The notes beneath the pieces were generated by a model, which was not told the DNA's origin, made no database searches, and saw nothing but the letters and a program-made list of their open reading frames with translations. From positions 53,630,001 to 53,694,000 of the forward strand of contig OZ320315.1 in NCBI GenBank assembly GCA_976226885.1: a stretch of DNA of 64,000 nucleotides, written 5' to 3'. Both the position numbers and the translations under genes were made by a program. Shown here piece by piece: positions 1 through 9,420 of this stretch. This DNA comes from Iphione sp. A-MEVVRFRX5 (taxonomy: Eukaryota). The stretch's first letter is position 1. The number at the start of each line of letters is the position of its first letter.

Positions 1-9
1 GGGTTCATC

Positions 10-684
10 TTGAGCATAAGCAAATATGGTTACATGACTGTGGGTAGAGCTGCGGGTATACCGCTTGACTTATGCATTAAAAACGACAAGCTCAAATTGG
101 AAGGTAGACTGAACTTTCTGGGGTATGACATCGATCCAGACATGGGAACTAAGTCGTCTGTTGCAACAGTAATCAAACGTATGTGGCTGGCCACAAGGAA
201 ACTTGCCCGGGTAAAACATTACCTTCCAACCACTACCAGATGTCACCTGTTTAAGGCTCTAGTTCTCCCCCACCTAAACTATCAACTTGTCCCACTTTAC
301 CAGATGAGTAAATCTCAGAAGGTGAAAATTCAGGTCCACTTAAATAGGTGTGCCAGGGCAAGTATCCAGTCAGGTACGTTCTTGTCTGCTAAGAGGCTGG
401 AAACACTGTTCGGTATCCCGCGTGTAGAGGAGGTGGTAATGACTAGAGGTGTCCAGGTGATTCATAGACTTATGAACCTGCGCTTGCTTCGGGAGGCTAA
501 CCGGTCCCGCACGAGAGGTGGCTCGAAGAAGCAAATACTGGTCAGTAGGCCCAGAAACAGTAGGTACGCAGCTTCACTGAGATACCGGGCAGCTACTCAG
601 TGGAACTGCCTACCAAATTTGAGCAAGCAGCAAGTGCGGGTGCCGGACCGAAGGGTCATTCATCAAGCTGCAGAGCGAGGGTGA
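10..684 (+). CDS. C-terminal fragment of LINE ORF2 (RT thumb and C-terminal domain), partial at the window edge
   Basis: 224-aa open frame with FLG, 'KALVLPHLNY' and 'AATQWNCLP' motifs characteristic of the end of CR1/L2-group ORF2. Confidence 0.8.
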   Translation: MSISKYGYMTVGRAAGIPLDLCIKNDKLKLEGRLNFLGYDIDPDMGTKSSVATVIKRMWLATRKLARVKHYLPTTTRCHLFKALVLPHLNYQLVPLYQMSKSQKVKIQVHLNRCARASIQSGTFLSAKRLETLFGIPRVEEVVMTRGVQVIHRLMNLRLLREANRSRTRGGSKKQILVSRPRNSRYAASLRYRAATQWNCLPNLSKQQVRVPDRRVIHQAAERG

Positions 685-1463
685 AAGGGACACATCCTAA
701 TGTCTTGGGTCTGAATGAAGAACTGCATTTCTCACTGCTATGAAATCCAAAACGTACTAAATTACCACCCTGTAAATGTACTAGAGTACTATCTCGTATG
801 TTGAAAATGCTGCCTGTTATCCAATCACAAGGGTTCTCAGCTGCCACTAACGTTACAGCCAAATCTTCCCGTGCCTAATTATGACATGTCTTTCATGTGG
901 AATGTCTCAGGAGGAACAGCAATATAAATAACACAGTTGATATCTTCCTGTTTCTAAAACTACCAGACTTGAATTGTGTCACATCTTTATTATGCAAACC
1001 ATCTCAGGCTTGCGTTCAATAGGTGACCCTTAGGCCCTATGGCTGGGTGCTGCATGATTAATGTATGACTTCCAGTAGATGTGCTACTACTGACACCTTA
1101 ATATCACCTAAACTACTACCATTGCACTGATGTATTGTATGTTGGAGGGCGACCTCTCACTGCGGGACGATCATTACCCCACTATTTCTGTGATTACTTA
1201 ATCTGTGATTCCATCCTTACTGTGATAATCCTGAACAGTTACTGTCTGCTATGTGAGCTGGAGTTTACTGTGCAATCATCACTGAATGTGTTTCTAGTCA
1301 AACATCTCCAATTATTTATGTCATTTATTTAATCATAAAATCTTCATCCAATACTCTATGTAACTTCTACTATATACAAGTTTCACATACACTTTGTTTT
1401 GTTCGGATGTTTTGATGCACATATTTGACAATGATACCTCTGTAACTCATTTATGGAGTAGTC

Positions 1464-1493
1464 AATAAAAATCTTGAATCTTGAATCTTGAAT
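1464..1493 (+). repeat. LINE polyA signal plus (ATCTTGA)3 tail
   Basis: gtcAATAAAa atcttga atcttga atcttga at, read directly from the sequence. Confidence 0.85.
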
Positions 1494-3580
1494 GACCTTC
1501 CGATCTTGTGTTTTTTTCTTTTGTAACAGGTCAGTTCGATCCAAAGTTCGTGCCTTTAGGATTGCAGTCTTCACCTTCTTGTGTGGGTGTCCCCGTAGGG
1601 TAAGGGCTTTCAGTAGTTGTTTGGCGCTAATGTCAAAATCTGTTAATTTGGAACAGATTGTACACAGTCTCAAAGCTTGGGAGTATGCTATTAAGGTTTT
1701 CTGATGCATCGGGTGATGCGAGGAAAAGTCCAGGTATAATTGGGCATCGGTTGGTTTGTGATATACTCTAGACTGGATTGTGTTGTCGCTGTCTCGGTAG
1801 ACAGTGGTGTCTAGGAAATTGACCATGTTTCTGTCCAGTTCATAAGTGAATTTAATGGTTGCATGTTTGTTGTTTAGTGATTCAAGGCATGCTCTGATCT
1901 CGTCTTCAGATCCTCGCCAGATGCTGAAGATATCATCAATGAAGCGGTACCACGCCCGCGGCTGGATTGGTAAGGTAGGTATGAGTTTTTCCTCTAAGTT
2001 TGCCATGAAGATGTTGGCGTAGCAGGGGGCCATTTTAGTGCCCATTGCGGTGCCTTGGGTTTGAATGTAGTATCTGTTGTTGAACTTTATGAGATTGTTC
2101 TTTAGGACAATGTCTGTTAGTTTAGCTGCTGTGTCTGCATCCATGTTAGGGGACGGATGATTTTTTAAGGTAGTAGTGATTGCCATAACACCTTCCTCAT
2201 GTGGGATTGATGTGTATAGTGAACATACATCGATTGTAGCTAACATTTCGTCCTCATGCAGAGTTTGTATGGTTGTAAGTTTATTTAGAAAGTCTGTGGT
2301 GTCCTTTATGTAGCTCCCGATTTTCGGTAGGTACGGTTTGAGTATTTTGTCAAGTACCTGGCTGATGCGGTCGGTGGGACTGTCTATCCCAGAAACTATG
2401 GGTCTTCCGGGGTTGTTAGGTTTGTGGATTTTTGGGAGGAGGTATAATGGTGAGGTCCTGGGAGTTTTGGGTATCATTGTTTGTGGTGCGTCTGGGGGTA
2501 ATTTGCCTTGTAGGGATAGGTCAACTAGTGTGGTGCGTATAGTGTTCACAGTTTTGTCCGAGATGTCGGTTCTGACTTCTCTATAGGTGTCTCTATTGGA
2601 TAGTTGTCTTTCCCCTTCACGAATGTAAGATTCCTTGTCCATGATGACAATAGCCCCACCCTTATCGGCGGGTTGGATCACTATTGATTTGTCATTGCGT
2701 AAGGACGATAGAGCTGCAGTTTCTTCTCAGCTGAGGTTAGTGGTTACGCCCCTGGGGGGGAGTTTGGTCATTTTATGGATCAAATGGTTAGAAGTGGTGT
2801 CGATCTCAGGGCATAGGCCGTTAGGTGGTGTCCAGCCGCTGGATTCGTAGGGGAAGGGAGTGTTGTTTCTGTTGTTGGTGGTCCAATCTTCCTTATCGTC
2901 TTCAAAGTAATGAACCAAGCGTAGACGTCTAGTGAAAAGTAGGGTGTCGCGGAGAGTGTGTACTGGGTGTGGTGGGTATGGCGTTGGGACAAAGCTTAGT
3001 TCCTTAGACAGGACATTGGTCTCTGTATCACTTAATTCTCTATGAGAGAGGTTCTTGATCTCTTTGCCGATTTTATTAGTCGGTTTGTACTTCTTGTATC
3101 GGCGGTTTTTCGGTCTCTTCGCTCCTGGAGTGTTCTCTCTTGGGTGTTCTGTAGGGACTGAATTAGTTCCGTTATGAGTTGAGCTACTTCTGGAGGGCAT
3201 GACTCATTGATATGGTGTTGGTAGGTTTCTAGTTGTTCTGTGAGGTGTATGATGCATCTATTGTAGTAATCAAGTAGTAGTTCGGTGAGTTTTCGGCTAA
3301 AGTCAAGGTGGGCCTTTTCCCAAGCTAGGGGGAAACCAAGGTCCTGTTCCGGTACCTGGGCGGCGACTTTGGTCTGTAGGCCTTTTGGGGTTGTTTTATT
3401 GTTGATGCATTGTTGTAAGTATCGGCTGTGGTGTTCTGCCTTGTTTTTGCCTAGTGCCAACTTCCTGAGTATACGGAAGTAAGGCACTGTGGCATCTGGG
3501 ATACGCCGTCGTGGCGTAGGTGAGGGCGACCTGGAGGCGCGGTCAGGGACTTGTAAGGTGTTTGTATGTTGACTTTCCAT
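1492..3580 (-). pseudogene. Disabled Penelope ORF (N-terminal domain plus RT)
   Basis: ATG at 3580. A frame change, probably a deletion, occurs near 3105 (QERRDRK / NRRYKKYK). An in-frame TGA at 2727-2729 lies in NLS*EETAALSSLRNDKSIVIQPADKG. The residues after QDRKV(I) in the ORF track come from the antisense LINE tail. Confidence 0.88.
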
Positions 3581-3836
3581 GTGGTAATCGAAGTGTTGCC
3601 TGATGGTCTGATTGACCTGTAGTACCTAGATCCTATAGGGATGCGAGGGGGTGAGTTCCTTTCGGATGTGTGTATAGTGTAGATAAGCCCCAAATAGGTA
3701 CTTTTGTCGGCAGTCGCTCGAGGTTGTGGATCCTGTTGGAGGATACTTGTGTGTTGGTAATAAATGAATTAAGTAAAGGTGAACACACCAACACAACTCG
3801 GCGAATTAGTTGATATTTGTTTTTTTATTCAAAATT

Positions 3837-3874
3837 CCCAACGTTTCGGACACTGTCTGTGCCTTCTTCAGGGG
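3837..3874 (-). ncRNA. Minimal type I hammerhead ribozyme of the Penelope pseudo-LTR
   Basis: Minus strand reads CCC CUGAAGA AGGCAC-AGACA-GUGUCC GAAA CGUU GGG. Core CUGANGA and GAAA are present; stem II has 5 bp with an A-C opposition at its base; stem I is CCC/GGG; stem III is reduced to the palindrome AACGUU; predicted cleavage is after GUU. Confidence 0.75.
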
Positions 3875-3893
3875 TGACTAAGGTATGAAATGA

Positions 3894-3998
3894 TTACTCT
3901 GAAGTACTGTTTTGGAGCCGTTATGCGACTTCCAACACCTGGGTTACTCTGAGGTACTGTTTAGGAGCCTTTAAGTGACTTCCCATACTTGGTATTAC
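3894..3998. repeat. Two degenerate copies of a 50-bp tandem repeat
   Basis: ttactctgaagtactgttttggagcc... at 3894 and ttactctgaggtactgtttaggagcc... at 3944; a third start (ttac, about 3995) is cut off. Confidence 0.8.
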
Positions 3999-4076
3999 AA
4001 ATGTATTAAAAAACTGTGTCCATTTCTGGAATATAAACACTTAATCGAACAATTATCGAAATGTCTCTGTAAATTA

Positions 4077-4218
4077 TTAATTCTGAGTATGTAGACATAT
4101 GACCTCTTGAGGTTGGTGAATATGAATGTCTCTGGAGACAGAAATATAAAAGTGTCTGGACTACACTGAACATACTGTGGATACAAGTACAATTGAAATA
4201 CAATAGAGATGCACCATA
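4077..4218 (-). repeat. Split direct repeat B2 (element 3' end, probably truncated)
   Basis: Direct copy of 4531-4672 with 1 substitution. Confidence 0.95.
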
Positions 4219-4328
4219 TTAGGTGAATTCGAAATTACACAATGAAAAGACTAAGTAGAGAACAACAAATTACAGCAGTAAACAATCAATATAAACAAGA
4301 CTCAGCCACATGGGCGGGAGGGAGTGGT

Positions 4329-4453
4329 AAACAAGACAGCGAATGGTCAAACGCGTGGTCTAAATATAGCGCCCAAGGTGTCACAGTAGTACAACAGAGG
4401 GCATCCTGGTCTGCGAATGTAATATCATGCGATCCCCTAGCGGATAGCCTACA
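4329..4453 (-). repeat. Split direct repeat A2
   Basis: Direct copy of 7939-8063 with 5 substitutions. Confidence 0.95.
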
Positions 4454-4530
4454 TATCACTTAACGAGCAGACTCAGAATGAATATTAAATAACAACAACA
4501 CATACATGAATACAATTGGGCAGATACAAT

Positions 4531-4672
4531 TTAATTCTGAGTATATAGACATATGACCTCTTGAGGTTGGTGAATATGAATGTCTCTGGAGACAGAAATA
4601 TAAAAGTGTCTGGACTACACTGAACATACTGTGGATACAAGTACAATTGAAATACAATAGAGATGCACCATA
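4531..4672 (-). repeat. Split direct repeat B1 (starts just after the YR stop codon)
   Basis: 142 bp, 141/142 identical to 4077-4218. Confidence 0.95.
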
Positions 4673-4685
4673 AGCCAAGGGCAAG

Positions 4686-5123
4686 TTACGCCGAGGTTAG
4701 GAGGGATTTAATCTTAGATGCTGCTTTCTTACTGGAGATGGCTGAACTGGTGTATACTAGGGAGGAAGGGAGAGCCTTCCAAGTGCCTTGGGACATAATC
4801 TGAGTGTCAGACACATCAGCCTCCTGTAGGGCCTGAGCAGCCCCCCTTCGAAAGCTATGAAGCGTGTAGGCTTGTGGAGGATACCCCAAATGTGAGATGA
4901 TGGACCTGAGGACCTTAGTCAACCGTTGAGCAGGATATGGGGATTTATGCAATGGATCTGTGAAAAGGGGCTGTAAATGATCAATCGTCGGAATAATCCG
5001 GAACATCTGCTGCATAAGGGTGACTGGGCAGATATCATTGTCGAGGCGGGATAAATGAATGGTCCGAGGACTAGATTGCTTAATGGTTTTTGACCAATTT
5101 GATCCATGATGTTATGTGAGGGT
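4686..5123 (-). pseudogene. Tyrosine recombinase, C-terminal catalytic half only (N-terminal half deleted)
   Basis: WSKT...DICPV...HSFRRGAA...GTW...VY supplies the K, H-x-x-R, W and Y catalytic positions. The DNA-binding domain and first catalytic Arg are missing: only about 30 nt separate the RNaseH stop region from WSKT. Confidence 0.88.
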
Positions 5124-5129
5124 CTGAAA

Positions 5130-7048
5130 TTAGAATGAGGAAATGTGTGACACGAGGGAGGGTGGAACTGATAATCTCTTCAGATGGGGATGATTCATGA
5201 GAAAACGCTTGACTATTGAACGATATTTTGGAGCTGTGGGAAGACGAGAAAGGGCATCTGCTATGATCATTCTTTCCCCTGGAAGATGTGAGAAGACGAG
5301 GGATACGTTAAACCTAGCAGCTCTGTACCAAACTGCACGGAGGATCTTGGATAGGAAGTAATCCCTGGTTTTTCCTGAACTGAGGACAGAAATAGTGGCA
5401 CTATTATCAGAAATCAGTTCAATTCTGAGATTTTGAATATCAGGGCAATAAACAGATGGACTGCTACGGCAGTATTGAATGCCTCGAGTTGAGAGATAGG
5501 AAGATGAGACAGATCAAATGGGATTGATTGGGTATAAAAGAAATGAGAATTATAGGCGCCCATACCGATGAGGCAAGCGTCATAAAATATTACATCAGAA
5601 ATGACAGGGGGAGGGATGAGGCATATACCATTGAAATGGGGTAGGTAGGTGAGGAACAAATTTAGGTCTCTCTTGACTGATTCAGTTAGTGAGACCGTTT
5701 TAGAATTCTCTCGTGAAGAGACTCTCAGTTCATGGAGAAATGAATTGATAAAAAAACCTAGCGGGGGGACAGCATTTCACTATGTGATTGATTAGGCCGA
5801 TAATGCTCTGAGCATGTCTAAGGGGAATGTGGGATAGAGGAAGGATTTGTGATATGGCATCCTGGAGGTCTACGATTTTGCCCTTGGGTATGGACATGGT
5901 GCGTTCTCTGGTGTTAAAGGTGACACAGAGCCATGTTAGGGTGTGTGTAGGCTGAACACATTTGTCGTGAGCTAATTGCAGGCCAAGATTCGATATGAAT
6001 ATCTGGGCGTATGAGAATGCAGAGGAGATTTGGGAGTGAGAGTTAGAGATGAATACATAATCGTCTAGGTAAGCGTAGGTGGTGACATCAGAGAATTTGA
6101 TGGATATGTGGTTGACTATAGAGGAAGATAGTTCTTGAAGGAGGAGTGATGAATAACGAGTTCCGAAGGGGAGAGAGAGATCCAGATAGAATTGATGATT
6201 AAAGATAAAGGGTAGCAAGGGGCAGTCCAGGGGGTCAATGGGGAAGTATCTGTAGGCGCGTTTTAAATCCAATGAGGCGAGAAATACAGGGTTGGTAGAG
6301 GTAGAGATGATATTTGCGATGTCATGGGGGGAGGGGAGGGATACCTTCAGAGGATTGGTGAAATAATTATTTCGTGGAATACCAGCATTAACCATAGAGT
6401 GGGACAAATCGAAGATGATCCTCCTGTCCTTCGAATCCTTTTTAGGCCTAGTCATAATGGGGTTGAGAATTTGTGGGTGGTCAAATGGGTGTTTGTCTAG
6501 AGGGCCTCTTATGGCGCCCAGGGCAATTTCTGTGCAAAGGTACTTCTGAACGTGGATATTATCAGCTACGTCTGTTGGGTACGGAGTAACACAATCAGGT
6601 AGGGAATGGTTGATGTAGCCTAGGGGAAAACCATATGTTAGAAAATCAGATAGTATGATACCCTTGTGTGCTAATGGGTTCAGTAATGTATACCAGTTAT
6701 GCAGGTTTAATTCAGATGGTAATTTAATTCTCGCCTCCAGGAAATTTGGGAGACCAGTACATCTAATGTGAGAATACACATTGGCGAGATCTGTAGGAAG
6801 AGACAATGATGGTAATGGCCAGTTGAATATCCTGTGCGATATCATTTGATAGTGGGATAGTGGTAATGTTCATCAATGGCGAAGAGGTCATAGTGGTCGG
6901 GGCTGGCATGGAGGAAGTCGTCTGTGTTTACCACTCTTGGGCTTCTGGGCGTTGTTGGCGCTGGTCCCTCGGTTGTGTGGATGACCAAACCTTGGGCTGC
7001 TGGTGCTCCTGAGGTAGCTGCTGCTGGGCTCTCTTCTTTGATCTGCAC
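5130..7048 (-). pseudogene. Ngaro ORF2: reverse transcriptase plus RNase H, frameshifted
   Basis: GLPNFLEARI...FLTYGFPLGY, RRIIFDLS, LDLKRAYR, LPFG, YLDD (about 6060-6071). A +1 T in the T-run near 5750 shifts into ...DACLIGMGAY...ISQLEAFN. A further shift near 5445 gives SDNSATISVLSSGK...SHLPGERMIIADALSR (RNase H), ending at TAA 5130-5132. The 5' end overlaps ORF1. Confidence 0.9.
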
Positions 7049-7905
7049 TGGTCCAATTTGTGCTCGAGCTGTTTATTATGAATTATGAAACAGAATGGGC
7101 ATATGTGAGAAAGAGATACATTGTTGGCAATGTGAGGAGGTGTTTCAGTGCATTTTCCCCCAAACCAGGCTGGACATGGGATAATAGTGTCCTTCTGTAC
7201 TCCTTGAGCATCACGAGAGGCTCTGATGTGGGCATTAATGCATCGTTGTTTGATAGACTCTATTCTGGCTGTATCTGACCAAGTGAGCCGATCGTTGCCT
7301 GTAAGGTGCCATATTTCAACTAGCCACTCCCTGACTGGGGTCCAACCACTTACCTGGACTTCTTCTGCAGTGTCCCTTATATGGCTAACTAAAGTGAGAA
7401 TGTCAGTTGGATATACAATAGAAGGGTCTAGTATCATACCCATGATGGATGAGACGTACTGAGGAAATGTGAATTTCCTGAGATCAGGTTTATCAGTCTC
7501 TGGCAATACAACGTAGGAAGCTGGATTAGGATGGGCCATTTTCTTACCTACGGTCTCAAGAGCGGCTGGATACATATGAGTGAATATCTCTTGAATTTTT
7601 TAAGCTGCCTCTGTCTTGAGTGCTGCTGGTTGAGGGGGTGGTGTGGATTTGCCTGGTGTTTCGTCCTCATCGGGTGTGCCCATGCCGGCGGTAGAGGTGC
7701 TTGGTGCGTCAGCTATTTTTGCTGCCGCAGCACGAGTGGTGACCGTTGGATTGATGTTTTTCTTGGACTTCTTGGACCCTTTGGTCTCCTTAGGGTCTTG
7801 GGGCTCCAATCTGTCCAAACGCTCCTCGACTGCTTTCATTTTTTCGAGCATTTTGATCAAAATATCACCCTCCTCCTCTGTGATACCTTTCTGAGGGTCC
7901 GGCAT
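6928..7905 (-). pseudogene. Ngaro ORF1 (gag-like) with one in-frame stop
   Basis: ORFs 7905-7600 and 7575-6928 are in the same frame, separated by TAA at 7600-7602 (EAA*KIQEIFTHMYP). N-terminal coiled-coil-like segment (MLEKMKAVEERLDRLE); C-terminal Cys/His cluster CPAWFGGKC...HICPFC...EH...C typical of DIRS/Ngaro gag. Confidence 0.82.
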
Positions 7906-7938
7906 TGGTATAGCAGCTTACACGTCTGACCCGTACGA

Positions 7939-8063
7939 AAACAAGACAGCGAATGGTCAAACGCATGGTCTAAATATAGCGCCCAAGGCGCCACAGTAGT
8001 ACAACAGAGGGCATCCTGGTCTGCGAACGTAATATCATGCAATCCCCTAGCGGATAGCCTACA
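7939..8063 (-). repeat. Split direct repeat A1 (element 5' end; contains TATA-like TATATTTA at 7971-7978 on the minus strand)
   Basis: 125 bp, 120/125 identical to 4329-4453 by manual alignment. Confidence 0.95.
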
Positions 8064-8560
8064 GAACCACTCATAGCTCTAAACCGAAAGCTCAGAGAGC
8101 AAAAAGGTTTTCAACAACTATACAGATTCACTGAGAAAACTAACTGGACAAAAACAGCATTTTCTCATCTCTTGGTGGTTGTGGCACCTCCAAAGTCATT
8201 CAGGACATCCATAAATCCCCCAAGGGTAGGACTGGCGACTTTGGTGGTGATTTGGAGACCTTGTGGGTCCACACAAAACCACCCATAGCTCTGCAACTAA
8301 GGCTTGTAGAGAGAAACGGTTTGCACCATCGTGTTGCTGGCCTCTGAGAAAATTTACGGGACAAAAATGCCATTTTTGCCCCCCAAGGTGGTTCTGGCAC
8401 CTCCAAACTTGCTCAGGATATCTGCAGAACCCCTGAGGGTAGGACTGGCGAATTTGGTGGCAATCCAGAGCCCTTACAGGTCCACACAAAACCACCCATA
8501 GCACTGCAATGAAGTCTCATAGAGCAAAACAGTTTTCACCATTGTGTTGTAGGCCAGGAG
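8064..8560. repeat. Degenerate tandem repeat, unit about 213 bp (two near-complete units plus a partial unit abutting the Ngaro A1 end)
   Basis: ggtggtt(g/c)tggcacctccaaa at 8174 and 8387; accac(c/t)catagc(t/a)ct recurs at about 8066, 8278 and 8490. Confidence 0.8.
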
Positions 8561-9229
8561 ATCTATAAGGATCCACTGTTAGCTGGAAATGTCAAAATCT
8601 GTCACATTTCCTGGTCTTAATGCCCGGGCATTGGAGCACCTCCATAGTTTCACCTCTAACTAGGAAATGGCTAGGGCTATTTGCCTAAATTTTTTCAGGC
8701 ATGTGCCTGGGACTCAGTTCCAGTTGTGGGTAAACTTAGAACCCTGAGGCTTTAGGTCCCCCTGACCTGGATCCAAAACTCTGGAGTATGGTGAACTTGC
8801 TGACTTAGGTCTGGTGATAAAATTGGTTTTACTTGTCACATCAAAACAATTTTTAGTGTACATGTAGTCCTGAGTAAGGCCTAGGTGCTGTGAAATATGC
8901 AGCCTGATCAGCCCAGAGTGGGCCAACTTATGGGTGGGGAAGTCCCGGCTCCTACCCAGAGGTCCGGGGAGTACTCGCTCCAGCTTTTGTGCTGAGATTC
9001 ACGGTGTGCATCTAGGGGGATAGTACAAACATGCCCAGTTGCTTACTCTCAGGTCTGCATGACTGTGAAGTCACAGGAAGGTGAGGACTGGTGGGTGGGC
9101 CCACGAAAGTGAGTGAACTTTATACCCGGGGTTAGTGTTAGTTAGTGCTACAATTTATCCGGAGTACTGTAGGCGAGGCCTGCTGCCTGTGACGTACTTC
9201 TTGGGATCCTTTGGTTATTTTGAAACTCC

Positions 9230-9420
9230 TGACCCAAACCAGCCCGGAATTTCTTGAAAGTTTCCTGGAATGTTGCGGGCCAGGCCCACAGTACATGTAC
9301 CAAGTTTCAGCTTCCTATGGCCAGGAAAATTATCTGTACCTGAACTGGTCCCAATCTTTCCGGGAATTACACAGAATGTTGCGGGCCAGGCCCGCATTGT
9401 TCCTGCCAAGTTTGGGCATT
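9230..9420. repeat. Local duplication within a repeat-like non-coding segment
   Basis: aatgttgcgggccaggccc occurs twice (about 9269 and 9376), each followed shortly by ccaagttt; family unknown. Confidence 0.55.

Larger units (their letters stand above)
1..1493 (+). mobile_element. 3' end of a CR1-group non-LTR retrotransposon (L2/Crack/Daphne-like): end of ORF2, about 800-bp 3' UTR, polyA signal and short tandem-repeat tail
   Basis: ORF 10-684 has the post-RT pattern typical of CR1-group ORF2 (LARVKHYLP...LFKALVLPHLNY...RTR...SLRYRAATQWNCLP). AATAAA at 1464-1469 is followed directly by (ATCTTGA)3 at 1471-1491, where unrelated Penelope sequence begins. The 5' part is outside the window; the exact clade cannot be assigned by eye. 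Confidence 0.85.
1492..3880 (-). mobile_element. Penelope-like element #1 (upstream pseudo-LTR, N-terminal domain, RT), interrupted at its 3' side by the LINE; GIY-YIG domain absent from the window
   Basis: PLE-type motifs: HHSRYLQQC...TPKGL (N-terminal domain), IKNLSHRELSDTETNVLSKELSFVPTP, IQPADKG, LPKIHK, GRPIVSG, DVCSLYTSIP, GTAMG, YRFIDD (about 1930-1949), FLD, YLDFSSHHP. A hammerhead-like core and an AATAAA lie upstream of the ATG (3580), as expected for a pseudo-LTR. Confidence 0.93.
4077..8063 (-). mobile_element. Ngaro-type (DIRS order) tyrosine-recombinase retrotransposon with split direct repeats, defective
   Basis: Order on the minus strand: A1 (8063-7939), gag-like ORF1, RT/RNaseH, YR, B1 (4672-4531), A2 (4453-4329), B2 (4218-4077). 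No methyltransferase-like region lies between RNaseH and YR, which favours Ngaro over DIRS1/PAT. Confidence 0.92.

Noticed and set aside
1383-1491. C-terminal 36 aa of the 432-aa Penelope ORF in the track
   Set aside because: It is the antisense reading of the LINE tail and 3' UTR, not Penelope protein.
2727-2729. In-frame TGA in Penelope #1 as possible selenocysteine
   Set aside because: The position (NLSxEE) is not a Cys site, the copy has other lesions, and no SECIS was evident; a nonsense mutation is simpler.
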